In this document: piece after piece, positions 17,614-27,708 of the stretch | Position numbering within the stretch: the stretch's first letter is position 1 | Layout of the letters: every line of letters starts with the position of its first letter | Source of the DNA: Deltaproteobacteria bacterium | GTDB taxonomy: Bacteria > Desulfobacterota > Dissulfuribacteria > Dissulfuribacterales > QOAL01 | Assembly (NCBI GenBank): GCA_026986785.1 | Contig: JALSNW010000043.1 | Span: 9,653 to 73,652 of the forward strand | DNA: 64,000 nt | Direction of reading: 5' to 3' | Program-made: the position numbers and the translations under genes | The notes under the pieces: generated by a model | Told to the model about the DNA's origin: nothing | Seen by the model: the letters and a program-made list of their open reading frames with translations, nothing else | Databases searched by the model: none

Positions 17614-18600
17614 ATGTCCCAGGTACTAAGCCAGGATGAAATCGATGCCCTCTTGGGAGGACTCGATGATGTGGCAGAGGCTGAAACAGAAGACCAAACG
17701 ACACCTGATGTCAGGGATCAGGATGTCATACCCTATGATTTTGCCAATGCCGCAGCCATGTCCAGGGTCAAATTTCCTGGTTTTGCCGTCATCAACGACC
17801 ATTTCAACAGGGGGCTTAGAAGTACTCTGTCTACTATGCTCAGGGTCATGGTGGATAGCACAGTAGTACCCATAGAGATCATACCATTCAAAGAATTCTT
17901 GAAGAGGGTACCTGTACCAAGCAGCCTCCATATATTGAAGATGGAGCCACTCCGGGGCCATGCCATGATGGTCGTTGACTCTCAACTCGTGTTCTGCATC
18001 GTGGAGATATTTCTCGGCTCCACTTCCATAGGCACCAGCAGGGTGGAGGGACGTGAATTCACATCCATAGAGCAGCGGCTGATAAAACGTATCGTAGGTT
18101 CTCTCCTGAAAGACTGGTCCAGGGCCTGGGCTGCCATATACCCTGTCGACATCCAATATGTGAGAAGCGAAATAAACCCTCAGTTTGCCAAGATAATCCC
18201 TGATGAAGATGCAGTGATTGTATGCAAGTTTCAGCTCGACATAGAGGAGATGAGCGGGGTCATATATCTCTGTCTGCCTGTAAGTGTCATACAACCCATC
18301 AAGAAAAAACTCCAGACCTCCTTTCAGGGCGAAGAATCTGAAGATCCCACATGGAGAGAGGCATTACTTAGGAACTTAAGAGATATCCCTATAGAGATGG
18401 AAGTACCCCTTGGCACTGCAGAACTGACAGGCAGGGAAGTCTTGGGCCTTGAGACAGGAGACATAATCCAACTCGATACCAGATTCGATGACATGCTCTA
18501 TGCACTCATCAAAAACCAGCCCAAGTTCAAGGGCTATCCTGGCATCTACAAGGGCCAAAAGGCCTTCAAGATAGAAGAGATTCTTATGAACGACGATTAA
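17614..18600 (+). CDS. fliM: Flagellar motor switch protein FliM
   Basis: N-terminal CheY-P-binding motif LSQDEIDALL, followed by the FliM middle and C-terminal SpoA-like regions. Confidence 0.9.
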   Translation: MSQVLSQDEIDALLGGLDDVAEAETEDQTTPDVRDQDVIPYDFANAAAMSRVKFPGFAVINDHFNRGLRSTLSTMLRVMVDSTVVPIEIIPFKEFLKRVPVPSSLHILKMEPLRGHAMMVVDSQLVFCIVEIFLGSTSIGTSRVEGREFTSIEQRLIKRIVGSLLKDWSRAWAAIYPVDIQYVRSEINPQFAKIIPDEDAVIVCKFQLDIEEMSGVIYLCLPVSVIQPIKKKLQTSFQGEESEDPTWREALLRNLRDIPIEMEVPLGTAELTGREVLGLETGDIIQLDTRFDDMLYALIKNQPKFKGYPGIYKGQKAFKIEEILMNDD

Positions 18601-18619
18601 AATTGTTCAGGGGAAAGAT

Positions 18620-19270
18620 ATGCTTACACAGGAAGAATTAGACAAGCTGTTGAATGAGGAAGGCGGAGATGACTCTGGTTCAAAGGGGACAGAGCCTAAG
18701 CAGCAAGCAACCGCCAGCGAAGAAGCGGGAGATGCCAATACTCTGAGCCAGGAGGATCTGGACGAATTGATGGATGGTGGGGATTCCCAGCCTGGATCAG
18801 AACAATCTGCTGAAGGGCAAAAAGAAGACCAGGATATCGACTGGTCTGACGCCTTCAAGGAGGCTGCCGAGGGAGGCGATTCTGCTGCTGCAAAGGCAGT
18901 CCAAGAAGGTGCGGTCTCTGAGACAGAGGCAGCACCTGAACCTCAGGCCACTGTAAACCAGCCAGAATTTGGAGAACTCAAGCAAGAGCACCAGGACCCA
19001 GACAGTGTCAGGCCCGAGCTTGACTTCCTACTGGAGATTCCGCTGGACATCTCTGTAGAGCTTGGTCGAAGATCACTAAAGATAAAGGAACTGCTCCAGC
19101 TCAGCCAGGGCTCTGTAGTAGAGCTGAATAAAATGGCAGGTGAACCAGCGGATATCTACGTAAACAAAAAACTTATGGCCAAGGGTGAGGTGGTTGTAGT
19201 CAACGAAAAATTCGGCATCAAACTCACGGAGATCATAAGTCCTGCCGAAAGGGTCAAATCACTGGGGTAG
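18620..19270 (+). CDS. fliN: Flagellar motor switch protein FliN with an extended acidic N-terminus
   Basis: C-terminal SpoA domain: LLEIPLDISVELGRRSLKIKELLQLSQGSVVELNKMAGEPADIYVNKKLMAKGEVVVVNEKFGIKLTEI. The N-terminal ~130 aa are low-complexity and rich in D, E, S and Q. Confidence 0.85.
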   Translation: MLTQEELDKLLNEEGGDDSGSKGTEPKQQATASEEAGDANTLSQEDLDELMDGGDSQPGSEQSAEGQKEDQDIDWSDAFKEAAEGGDSAAAKAVQEGAVSETEAAPEPQATVNQPEFGELKQEHQDPDSVRPELDFLLEIPLDISVELGRRSLKIKELLQLSQGSVVELNKMAGEPADIYVNKKLMAKGEVVVVNEKFGIKLTEIISPAERVKSLG

Positions 19271-19272
19271 GC

Positions 19273-19590
19273 ATGGATACCGCATCCCTCATCATAAGGA
19301 TGATCAGCGCCCTGGCAATTATCCTGGGACTCATGGCAGCAATCGTCTTCCTCCTGAAAAAATGGGGTGGTGTAGGTACCAGGACCAATAAAGGATATAT
19401 ACAGGTGGTGGAGAACAGGCTGATACTGCCAAAACGGCACATATCCCTGATAAAGGTAGCTGGCACATACTTTCTGATAGGCTCCACGGAGCACGGCATG
19501 AACCTAATCGGTACCATGGATAGAGAAGAGATGGAATCCTTCCATAACATGATGGAGAAAAGTGGCAAAGAGGAGCTCAAAATACAGTGA
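19273..19590 (+). CDS. fliO: Flagellar biosynthesis protein FliO
   Basis: 105 aa with a single N-terminal TM. It sits between fliN and fliP and contains the FliO-like stretch IQVVENRLILPKRHISLIKVAGTYFLIGSTEHGMNLI. Confidence 0.65.
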   Translation: MDTASLIIRMISALAIILGLMAAIVFLLKKWGGVGTRTNKGYIQVVENRLILPKRHISLIKVAGTYFLIGSTEHGMNLIGTMDREEMESFHNMMEKSGKEELKIQ

Positions 19591-20363
19591 ACACTACAAG
19601 GGTAATAAGACGTACATCTTTGTTCTGCCTGCTGGTCCTCAGCATGTTTTTTGCCATAAAGGCAAACGCCCTTGCAGTCCAGGTGCCTTCCATAAACTTG
19701 AGCCTACAGAATACGGATGATCCCCAGAAAGTTGCCACTGCCGTGGAGATCATACTTCTTCTCACTGTCCTTTCTCTCGCCCCATCCATCCTTCTGATGA
19801 TGACGTGCTTCACGAGGCTGATAGTTGTCTTCGGCTTTTTGAGACAGGCAATAGGCACACAACAGATGCCTCCAAACCAGGTGATCATTGCCCTATCTCT
19901 ATTTCTAACCTTTTTCATAATGCAACCGGTATGGAGCCAGGCAAACAAGATGGGCATTCAACCCTATCTGAACGAAGAGATCAATTTCAATCAGGCGTGG
20001 AAGAATATCCAGGCTCCCTTAAGGGATTTCATGTTCAAGAACACCAGGGAAGACGACCTGGCCCTCTTTGCTGATTTCGCCCATATCAAGGACCCAAGAA
20101 ATGAAGACGATATCCCCACAAATGTACTCATCCCATCATTCATGATCAGTGAACTAAAGACAGCCTTTGAAATAGGCTTTGTCCTCTATATACCATTTCT
20201 CATCATAGATATGGTGGTCTCGAGTGTACTGTTATCCATGGGTATGATGATGCTCCCACCTGTGCTGATTTCCTTACCATTCAAGCTTCTGCTCTTCGTA
20301 CTGGTAGACGGGTGGCATCTTCTGACAGGTTCCCTGGTCCAGAGCTTTATTACAGGAGGTTGA
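19587..20363 (+). CDS. fliP: Flagellar type III export apparatus protein FliP
   Basis: Signal-like N-terminus and conserved FliP TM blocks (LTVLSLAPSILLMMTCFTRLIVVFGFLRQAIGTQQMPPNQV...). It overlaps fliO by 4 nt. Confidence 0.9.
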   Translation: MNTTRVIRRTSLFCLLVLSMFFAIKANALAVQVPSINLSLQNTDDPQKVATAVEIILLLTVLSLAPSILLMMTCFTRLIVVFGFLRQAIGTQQMPPNQVIIALSLFLTFFIMQPVWSQANKMGIQPYLNEEINFNQAWKNIQAPLRDFMFKNTREDDLALFADFAHIKDPRNEDDIPTNVLIPSFMISELKTAFEIGFVLYIPFLIIDMVVSSVLLSMGMMMLPPVLISLPFKLLLFVLVDGWHLLTGSLVQSFITGG

Positions 20364-20364
20364 T

Positions 20365-20634
20365 ATGACCCAGGACATGGTTGTTGGACTGGCAAGAGAC
20401 GCGGTGGAACTGACCCTGATGATCAGCCTGCCCATGCTGGGCTTAGGCCTCATCGTAGGCCTGGTGGTGAGTATCTTCCAGGCTGTCACCCAGATCCAGG
20501 AGATGACCCTGACCTTTGTACCCAAGATAATTGCCGTTCTCATAGGGCTACTCCTTGCCTTTCCGTGGATGATGAACAAGATGGTGGACTACACCAGGGA
20601 TATCATAGTCAACATCCCTCTTTTCATTCGCTGA
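20365..20634 (+). CDS. fliQ: Flagellar export apparatus protein FliQ
   Basis: 89 aa with two TM segments. The FliQ pattern is present (LPMLGLGLIVGLVVSIFQAVTQIQEMTLTFVPKI). Confidence 0.9.
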   Translation: MTQDMVVGLARDAVELTLMISLPMLGLGLIVGLVVSIFQAVTQIQEMTLTFVPKIIAVLIGLLLAFPWMMNKMVDYTRDIIVNIPLFIR

Positions 20635-20647
20635 GGAGCAAAGGGCT

Positions 20648-21439
20648 GTGGACGCACAATTTATCAATTGGATACTGATCAATTACAAGGTCTTCTTACT
20701 GGTGCTCCTACGGGTATCCACACTGTTATTTTTCATGCCCATATTCAGTTCCAGGACCATCCCTATGCCACTGAAGGCCGCGATGTCCATGGTGATCTCC
20801 ATAGTGCTTACGCCAGTGGTACCCGTCTCGCCGGATCTTTTCCCCAAAACTGTTCCAGGCATGGTCCTTTTGGCAGCAAGTGAGATATTTATTGCCATGA
20901 CCCTATCCCTTTGTCTGAGGCTGGTATTTGCCGGACTACAGATAGCCGGACAGATGGTTGGAATCCAGATGGGCCTCAGTGTGGCCAATGTCATGGATCC
21001 CCAGAGTGGAATCCAATCGGTGATCGTATCACAGTTTGCATATATGATCGCACTTTTGCTCTTTCTGGCTGCAGGAGGCCATCATGCATTGCTCAGGGTG
21101 CTGTTTGAGAGCTTTGAAATCCTTCCCCCAGGCCAATTGGTACTGTCAAAATCGCTATACATGATCATAATGGCCATGGGACATGAGATGTTCATCCTCT
21201 CTATAAAACTCATGGCACCTGTCATGGGGATACTCCTCCTATCCCAGGTGGCCCTTGGAATTTTGGCAAAGCTCGTCCCCCAGATAAACATGCTCATCGT
21301 GAGTTTCAATCTGAACGTGGCCCTTGGACTGTTCTTTTTCGGGCTAACTCTCCAGTTCTTTTGGCCAGTACTCGGCCGTTCCCTGGACAAGGCTGTCAAG
21401 CTCATGCCTATGGCCCTCAGGGCAATGGGTAGCGGATAG
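20648..21439 (+). CDS. fliR: Flagellar export apparatus protein FliR
   Basis: 263 aa, polytopic, GTG start. It holds the canonical position between fliQ and flhB. Confidence 0.85.
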   Translation: MDAQFINWILINYKVFLLVLLRVSTLLFFMPIFSSRTIPMPLKAAMSMVISIVLTPVVPVSPDLFPKTVPGMVLLAASEIFIAMTLSLCLRLVFAGLQIAGQMVGIQMGLSVANVMDPQSGIQSVIVSQFAYMIALLLFLAAGGHHALLRVLFESFEILPPGQLVLSKSLYMIIMAMGHEMFILSIKLMAPVMGILLLSQVALGILAKLVPQINMLIVSFNLNVALGLFFFGLTLQFFWPVLGRSLDKAVKLMPMALRAMGSG

Positions 21440-21450
21440 AGGATATCCCC

Positions 21451-22536
21451 ATGGCCCAGGAATCCTTTCAGGAAAAGACAGAACAGGCAACCCCTAAACG
21501 GCGTGAAGAGGCCAGGAAAAAGGGACAGGTAGCCAAGAGCAGGGAATTGGCCTCGGTTGCGGTTCTTCTGTCGAGCCTATTTACCCTCTACTGGGGAAGC
21601 AGCTTCTTCATGACCAACCTGTGCAAGACCTTGAGCTATTACCTCAACCACCTCAGTACTCTGAACATAGATGTAAACAGCCTCCAATCCGTAGGACTGC
21701 TTGGGATGAAACAATTCTTCATACTCCTTGGGCCACTTTTCTTCGTCATCACATTTGTTGCCTTTCTCTCCAATTATCTCCAGATAGGCACGCTTTTCAC
21801 CTGGGAACCCATAGTCCCCAAGCTATCCAAGATCAACCCCATAGAGGGATTCAAGAGGCTTTTCTCCCTTCAAAGTATGATGGAATTCTTGAAGTCTCTC
21901 TTCAAACTCATCGTTGTCACATGGATTGCATGGTCATCGGTGCAAGAACACGTCGATCTCCTCCCCCCACTGCTGGACGAGACGCCTTATCAAATAACCT
22001 ACTATATCGGTATGGTCAGCTTCAAGATCTTCTGGAAGGCCTGTATGGCCATGATCCTGCTATCGGTCATGGACTATCTGTACCAGCGCTGGGAATTTGA
22101 GAAGAATCTCAGGATGACCAAGCAGGAGATCAAAGAAGAGTTCAAGCAGACAGAAGGAGATCCCCAGGTGAAATCCAGGATCCGAAGCATCCAGAGAGAA
22201 CTCGCCAGAAAGAGGATGATGCAGGAGGTCCCAGAAGCAGACGTGGTCATCACAAACCCAACACACCTGGCCATTGCCCTAAGGTATGAGGCAGGCAAGA
22301 TGGAGGCACCCTATGTAGTTGCGAAAGGGGCTGGTGTGATAGCGGAGAAGATACGCCAGATCGCCAGGGAAAATTCTATTCCTGTCATTGAAAACAGGCC
22401 TGTAGCCCAGAGCCTATACAAACTTGTAGATATAGGGCAGACCATACCTGAAACCCTGTTTCAGGCAGTGGCCGAGATCTTCGCCTATGTATACCGCCTC
22501 AAAGGCAGAACTGACACAAACAAGGCAAGAGGTTAA
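21451..22536 (+). CDS. flhB: Flagellar export switch protein FlhB
   Basis: N-terminal sequence EKTEQATPKRREEARKKGQVAKSREL, four TM segments, and the autocleavage motif NPTH (VVITNPTHLAIALRY). Confidence 0.9.
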   Translation: MAQESFQEKTEQATPKRREEARKKGQVAKSRELASVAVLLSSLFTLYWGSSFFMTNLCKTLSYYLNHLSTLNIDVNSLQSVGLLGMKQFFILLGPLFFVITFVAFLSNYLQIGTLFTWEPIVPKLSKINPIEGFKRLFSLQSMMEFLKSLFKLIVVTWIAWSSVQEHVDLLPPLLDETPYQITYYIGMVSFKIFWKACMAMILLSVMDYLYQRWEFEKNLRMTKQEIKEEFKQTEGDPQVKSRIRSIQRELARKRMMQEVPEADVVITNPTHLAIALRYEAGKMEAPYVVAKGAGVIAEKIRQIARENSIPVIENRPVAQSLYKLVDIGQTIPETLFQAVAEIFAYVYRLKGRTDTNKARG

Positions 22537-22551
22537 AGGAGCAGCAGAGTC

Positions 22552-24654
22552 ATGACAGCGATTGATGCGGTAAGATCGGTTTGGACAGGTATCCAGATAG
22601 ACAGGAACAACCTCGTAGCAGCGGCTGGGGTCGTAGGGATCCTCCTGATAATGATCTTGCCCCTCCCTGCCCCTGCCCTGGATCTGTTTCTGGCCCTGAA
22701 TATCACCATATCCCTCCTGGTCTTTCTATTGGCCATCTACGTGATAAAACCTCTGGATTTCCCCATTTTCCCTTCCCTGCTCCTTCTGACCACATTGTTC
22801 AGGCTGTCCCTGAATATTGCCTCCACAAGGCTGATACTCCTCCACGGCCATGAGGGTGTAGATGCTGCTGGTAAGATAATTATGGGCTTTGGCCACTTTG
22901 TCGTTGGTGGCAACTTCGTGGTTGGAGGGATAGTCTTTGCCATATTGGTAATCATCAATTTTGTCGTCATCACCAAGGGATCAGGCAGGATTGCAGAGGT
23001 TGCAGCAAGATTTACCTTGGATGCCATGCCAGGAAAACAGATGGCCATTGACGCAGACCTGAACGCTGGTCTCATAGATGAAAACGAGGCCAGGAGGAGG
23101 CGGGAGGAAATAGCCAGGGAATCGGAATTCTACGGGGCCATGGACGGTGCCAGCAAGTTTGTCAGGGGCGAGGCCATAGCAGGCCTTGTAATCATGGCCA
23201 TCAATGTGATTGGAGGATTCATAATAGGTGTACTGCAACAGGACATGCCTGTGGCCAGTGCAGCCCAAAGCTATACGCTTCTAACCATAGGAGATGGCCT
23301 GGTCTCCCAGATCCCTGCACTTATCATATCCACGGCCGCTGGTATTCTGGTAAGCCGTGCGGCATCGAGTGCCAGCATGGGAACAGAATTCATCAAACAG
23401 TTCGCCCTTCACCCACAGGCCCTGGCAGTCACGACCTGTATCGTCTTTCTCTTTGGAATGATCCCTGGCCTTCCAACCATTCCGTTCACTGTCTTGGCAA
23501 TGGGGATAGGCTCCTTGGCCTATGTGGCATTCAGGGAAGAACAAAAGCTGCGAAAAGCCGCGGAAACAGAAGAGGCCCCTGGGGAAGAGGTGGAACAGCC
23601 AGAACCTGGCACACCAGAAGATGTAGAGAAGCTCCTCCAGCTCGACATATTGGAACTCGAGGTTGGTTATGCCCTTATTCCCTTGGTGGATGAGGAACAG
23701 GGAGGGGACCTTCTGGAACGTATAAAGTCCATCAGGAGACAATTTGCCCAGGAAATGGGCATCATCGTCCCCCCACTTCATGTTCGAGATAACCTTCAAC
23801 TCCAACCTGGGCAGTACAGGCTCTTGATAAAGGGGATCGATGTGGCCAAGGGCAACCTGATGACAGGCCATCTCCTGGCCATGAATCCAGGAGATGCGAA
23901 AAAGGAAATCGAGGGCATACCAACCACAGAACCAGCCTTTGGCCTGCCAGCAGTCTGGATAAGAGAAGACCAGAAGGAAGAGGCCCAGCTCGCTGGCTAT
24001 ACTGTCGTAGACCTTTCGACTGTAATAGCCACCCATATTGCAGAAGTAATAAAGAAGAATGCTGCAGATCTCCTTGGCAGACAAGAGGTTCAGCGGCTTC
24101 TCGATGCCCTTGCAAGGACCAGCCCAAAGGCCGTGGAAGAGGTGACCAATGCCCTACCCCTTGGGATAATCCAAAAGGTCCTACAAAATCTTGTCAGAGA
24201 AAATGTATCCATCCGGGATCTCCTCACCATATCAGAGGCATTGGCGGATTATGCAGAGATGACCAAAGACCCGGAGATCCTCACCGAGTATGTGAGACAA
24301 AAGATGGGCAGGGCCATCGTAAAGCCCTATCTGGATGAAGAAGACACCCTTCATGTGATCACCCTCAGCAGTGATATAGAAGATCAAATAAGAAACAGCC
24401 TACAACAAACAGAACACGGGGTCTTTCTCAGCTTAGATCCGGCAGCGGCACAACAGATAATAAATGCTATCAAAAAAGGTGTGGAAGAGGCTGTATCGCA
24501 TGGCTATCAACCAGTCTTGCTCACAAATCCCGTGATAAGACGTCATGTCAGACGGCTCATAGAAAGGTTTATCTCAGAGGCAACAGTACTGTCCCATTCG
24601 GAAATCCCAGGCAATGTCCGCCTCGAATCCATAACTGTCATAACCTTGAGATAA
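22552..24654 (+). CDS. flhA: Flagellar export gate protein FlhA
   Basis: 700 aa. It contains the conserved FlhA block RFTLDAMPGKQMAIDADLNAGLIDE plus a C-terminal cytoplasmic domain. Confidence 0.95.
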   Translation: MTAIDAVRSVWTGIQIDRNNLVAAAGVVGILLIMILPLPAPALDLFLALNITISLLVFLLAIYVIKPLDFPIFPSLLLLTTLFRLSLNIASTRLILLHGHEGVDAAGKIIMGFGHFVVGGNFVVGGIVFAILVIINFVVITKGSGRIAEVAARFTLDAMPGKQMAIDADLNAGLIDENEARRRREEIARESEFYGAMDGASKFVRGEAIAGLVIMAINVIGGFIIGVLQQDMPVASAAQSYTLLTIGDGLVSQIPALIISTAAGILVSRAASSASMGTEFIKQFALHPQALAVTTCIVFLFGMIPGLPTIPFTVLAMGIGSLAYVAFREEQKLRKAAETEEAPGEEVEQPEPGTPEDVEKLLQLDILELEVGYALIPLVDEEQGGDLLERIKSIRRQFAQEMGIIVPPLHVRDNLQLQPGQYRLLIKGIDVAKGNLMTGHLLAMNPGDAKKEIEGIPTTEPAFGLPAVWIREDQKEEAQLAGYTVVDLSTVIATHIAEVIKKNAADLLGRQEVQRLLDALARTSPKAVEEVTNALPLGIIQKVLQNLVRENVSIRDLLTISEALADYAEMTKDPEILTEYVRQKMGRAIVKPYLDEEDTLHVITLSSDIEDQIRNSLQQTEHGVFLSLDPAAAQQIINAIKKGVEEAVSHGYQPVLLTNPVIRRHVRRLIERFISEATVLSHSEIPGNVRLESITVITLR

Positions 24655-24670
24655 AGAATGGAGAAACCGG

Positions 24671-25888
24671 ATGCAGCTTAAAAGATTTACAGCAGAGAAC
24701 ATCTCCAAGGCACTGGAGATGGTAAAGGCAGAACTTGGAAGCAATGCCATCATCCTGAGTACGGAAAAAAAGAGGAAGAAGGATCCAGACTCCAATAGCT
24801 TTGTGAGCTACACCGAAGTAGTTGCTGCAGTGGACAGAAACGAGGGCCTTGGACAGAACAAGGGCAGAGGGCCACTGACCGTTATCTCCCCAAAAGACAC
24901 CAACTCGCACGATGACACTGCCACTCGACTAAAAGACCTGGCCGAGGAAGTCCAGGACATGAAAAAGGCCCTGGCCAGGATATCTGGTCTCTTGGAACGG
25001 GCACTGCTGCAAGAGGAGGACAAGACTCAAGGCTCGCATCCCGAAGGAGATATCAGTAGACACACAGAGATCGACATGGCCCTGTCAACCCTAAAACTCG
25101 ATCCCGAGACCTATAGGATCGTCTCATCTGGCATCCTTTCCTCCTTAGGGCACAGAGATATAACCTACAGCCAGGTGATATCCTGGCTCAAGACCTATAT
25201 AGCCGAACACTTGCATCCTGGGCCAGTGGCAGAGGATTCCCCAGGACCTGTTTGGTGGGCCTTCATCGGTCCTACTGGTGTCGGAAAAACGACAACGCTC
25301 GCCAAAATTGCGGCACGTTTGAAATTCCTGAAAAAACGCAATGGGCTACTCGTAAGCGTTGACTCCTACAGGCTTGGTGCCATAGACCAGTTGAGAAAAT
25401 ATGCTGAGCTCATGGAACTGCCCCTGGAGATTGCCAAAACCAACAAGGATCTTTTGAGAATCTTCAGCATGCACAGGGATAAAGATTTCGTTCTTCTCGA
25501 CACAACAGGTCGAAATCCTTTCACTTCTGCCCACAAGATAGAACTCGAGCGCATATTTGATGCCGTACCGGGACTTATGGCACAGGTCATGCTTTGTTCA
25601 ACATACAAGAGAGAGGACCTTATGGAATCTATCAACTTTTACAGGGGGTTTCCCATAGCAGGCTGGACACTGACCAAGACGGATGAGACGCGGTCTCTTG
25701 CAGCCTCTCTGTTCCCTGTGATCCAGGCTGACCTCCCCCTCTCCTATTTGACCAATGGTCAACGCGTCCCGGAAGATATCGAGATTCCTGAGGGCCGCAA
25801 GCTTTGTGACGAACTGCTCATCTCGTCTTCGGTCGACATAAAAACGAGTTCCCTTGGCATAAGCCATTTGAATGCAACTGTTTGTTGA
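24671..25888 (+). CDS. flhF: Flagellar SRP-like GTPase FlhF
   Basis: G-domain motifs GPTGVGKTTTLAKIA, DSYRLGAIDQL, DTTGRN and LTKTDET. Confidence 0.85.
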   Translation: MQLKRFTAENISKALEMVKAELGSNAIILSTEKKRKKDPDSNSFVSYTEVVAAVDRNEGLGQNKGRGPLTVISPKDTNSHDDTATRLKDLAEEVQDMKKALARISGLLERALLQEEDKTQGSHPEGDISRHTEIDMALSTLKLDPETYRIVSSGILSSLGHRDITYSQVISWLKTYIAEHLHPGPVAEDSPGPVWWAFIGPTGVGKTTTLAKIAARLKFLKKRNGLLVSVDSYRLGAIDQLRKYAELMELPLEIAKTNKDLLRIFSMHRDKDFVLLDTTGRNPFTSAHKIELERIFDAVPGLMAQVMLCSTYKREDLMESINFYRGFPIAGWTLTKTDETRSLAASLFPVIQADLPLSYLTNGQRVPEDIEIPEGRKLCDELLISSSVDIKTSSLGISHLNATVC

Positions 25889-25894
25889 TGTGAA

Positions 25895-26797
25895 ATGACC
25901 ATGAATCAGGCGGCTACATTGAAAGAGTGGAAGAACTACTGCGAAACAGAAAAAGGCGTTACAGCCGAGGACAGGACAGGCCATCTCCCCACACCCGGCA
26001 TCCCGAAGGTGCTCTGCTTCAGTAGTGGCAAGGGTGGAGTAGGCAAAACCAGCATTGTAACCAACCTCGCCATGGCAGTATCGAAAAAGGGGAAAAATGT
26101 CCTTATCCTGGATGCAGACTTAGGGCTGGCAAACGTAGATGTGATGCTGGGCATAACACCAAAGTATTCCATTCAACACGTGTTTTCCGGAGAGAAGACC
26201 CTTTCCGAGATTATAGTAGATGGCCCAGGGGGCATAAAGCTACTACCTGCAAGCTCTGGCATTCAAGAACTATGTCATCTTGACGACAGCGAAAAACTAT
26301 TTTTGCTGAACGAATTTGACACCCTGACACACCCCATAGACATCATGTTCATAGACAATGCTGCTGGAATTTCTGACAGTGTCATGTATTTCAACATGGC
26401 ATCTGAAGAAAGAGTCGTAATTTTGACACCAGAGCCCACCTCCATCACAGATGCCTATGCCTTGATCAAGGTACTTTCCCAGCAATACAGGGTAAGCGAA
26501 TTTTCTATTATCGTAAACTGGAGCAACAGCAAAAAAGAGGCCCAGAACGTCTTCAAGCAACTCACATCGGTTGCCGACCGGTTTCTCGGGTTTCTCTCCT
26601 TCAATTTTCTCGGCTACATCCCCAGGGATCTTTGTATCCCCAAATCAGTACGACAACAAAAGGCTGCCCTGGAATTATTTCCAGCATGTAGGGCCTGTCA
26701 GGAATTTGAAAAGATAGCTGAGACCGTTTTGAGCAATTTTGAGAAAAAGAACGATGGGAACATAAAATTTTTCTGGCAAAATCTGTTGAGGCTTTGA
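25895..26797 (+). CDS. flhG: MinD/ParA-family ATPase FlhG (FleN/YlxH)
   Basis: Deviant Walker A motif SGKGGVGKTS. It sits between flhF and fliA. Confidence 0.85.
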   Translation: MTMNQAATLKEWKNYCETEKGVTAEDRTGHLPTPGIPKVLCFSSGKGGVGKTSIVTNLAMAVSKKGKNVLILDADLGLANVDVMLGITPKYSIQHVFSGEKTLSEIIVDGPGGIKLLPASSGIQELCHLDDSEKLFLLNEFDTLTHPIDIMFIDNAAGISDSVMYFNMASEERVVILTPEPTSITDAYALIKVLSQQYRVSEFSIIVNWSNSKKEAQNVFKQLTSVADRFLGFLSFNFLGYIPRDLCIPKSVRQQKAALELFPACRACQEFEKIAETVLSNFEKKNDGNIKFFWQNLLRL

Positions 26798-27621
26798 AAA
26801 GGATGGCAAGGACAAGTGCAGCACCAAGACTAAAAGATTACACGGAAGAATTCTTTGGCCAAGGAACTACCCTCACCCCAGAGAAAAGGGAAGAACTTAT
26901 CATCAAGTATTCTCCTCTGGTCAACTATGTGGCAAGCAGACTGGCTGGTAGGCTCCCTCCCCATATACTGCCTGAAGACCTCATAGGGCCTGGTATCATC
27001 GGTCTTATAGATGCTATAGAGAAGTTTGATCCTACCAAAAAGATCAAATTCAAGACCTATGCAGAATTCAGGATAAGAGGTGCTATGCTTGACGAGCTTC
27101 GCCACCTCGACTGGGTGCCAAGGTCGGTCCGTAAAAAGGCCACGGAGCTCGAAAAGGTATGTGAAAGGCTGGAAAAAAAGCTTGAAAGGGTGCCAGAAGA
27201 TGAAGAGATAGCCCAGGAAATGGGGATAAGTCTACAACAATATTACAAGCTGCTTGACAAGACCAGAGGGGTAACATTCCTGGACATTGAGGCAATCAGG
27301 AGAAGAATGCCAGATGCCAATGATGAAGACCTTTTCGATCTGATTGCGGATGATGGCGAGAGTGATCCCTTTGAACAATTAAATCTCTCCCAGGTCAAGG
27401 AGATAATCGTGAAGGGCATAAAAACCCTACCTGAGAAGGAAAAGTTGGTGGTCTCTCTCTATTACTTTGAAGATCTTACCATGAAGGAGATCGGAGAAAT
27501 AATGGGTTACACAGAAAGTCGGATATCTCAGATGCATACAAAGGCCATTATAAGGATCAGGGCATATCTATCAGAGAGTTTTTCTAGAGAGGAACTCTCT
27601 GAATTTAAAGAACTTTTTTGA
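26794..27621 (+). CDS. fliA: Flagellar sigma factor FliA (sigma-28)
   Basis: Sigma-70-family regions 2 to 4, with the region 4.2 HTH LTMKEIGEIMGYTESRISQMHTKAI. It overlaps flhG by 4 nt. Confidence 0.85.
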   Translation: MKRMARTSAAPRLKDYTEEFFGQGTTLTPEKREELIIKYSPLVNYVASRLAGRLPPHILPEDLIGPGIIGLIDAIEKFDPTKKIKFKTYAEFRIRGAMLDELRHLDWVPRSVRKKATELEKVCERLEKKLERVPEDEEIAQEMGISLQQYYKLLDKTRGVTFLDIEAIRRRMPDANDEDLFDLIADDGESDPFEQLNLSQVKEIIVKGIKTLPEKEKLVVSLYYFEDLTMKEIGEIMGYTESRISQMHTKAIIRIRAYLSESFSREELSEFKELF

Positions 27622-27708
27622 TTTTATATTTTTCATGCCCGCTTCCCCTAATGAAAGAGTCCTGAAAGTACGATTAAGAGATTAACAACACTGACCAGGA
27701 GGAAATAA

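Noticed and set aside
17626-18294. A 222-aa antisense ORF lies opposite fliM. The same applies to 23281-24084 opposite flhA, 39891-40718 opposite fliC, 48486-49121 opposite argS and 51270-51818 inside the Hsp70-like gene.
   Set aside because: All are embedded in genes with unambiguous homology on the other strand or frame. Their products have odd composition and resemble no known family.
27649-27676. A possible sigma-28 promoter upstream of cheY (TAAT-N16-TACGATTA).
   Set aside because: Only 5 of 8 positions match in the -10 element, which is too weak to call without TSS data.
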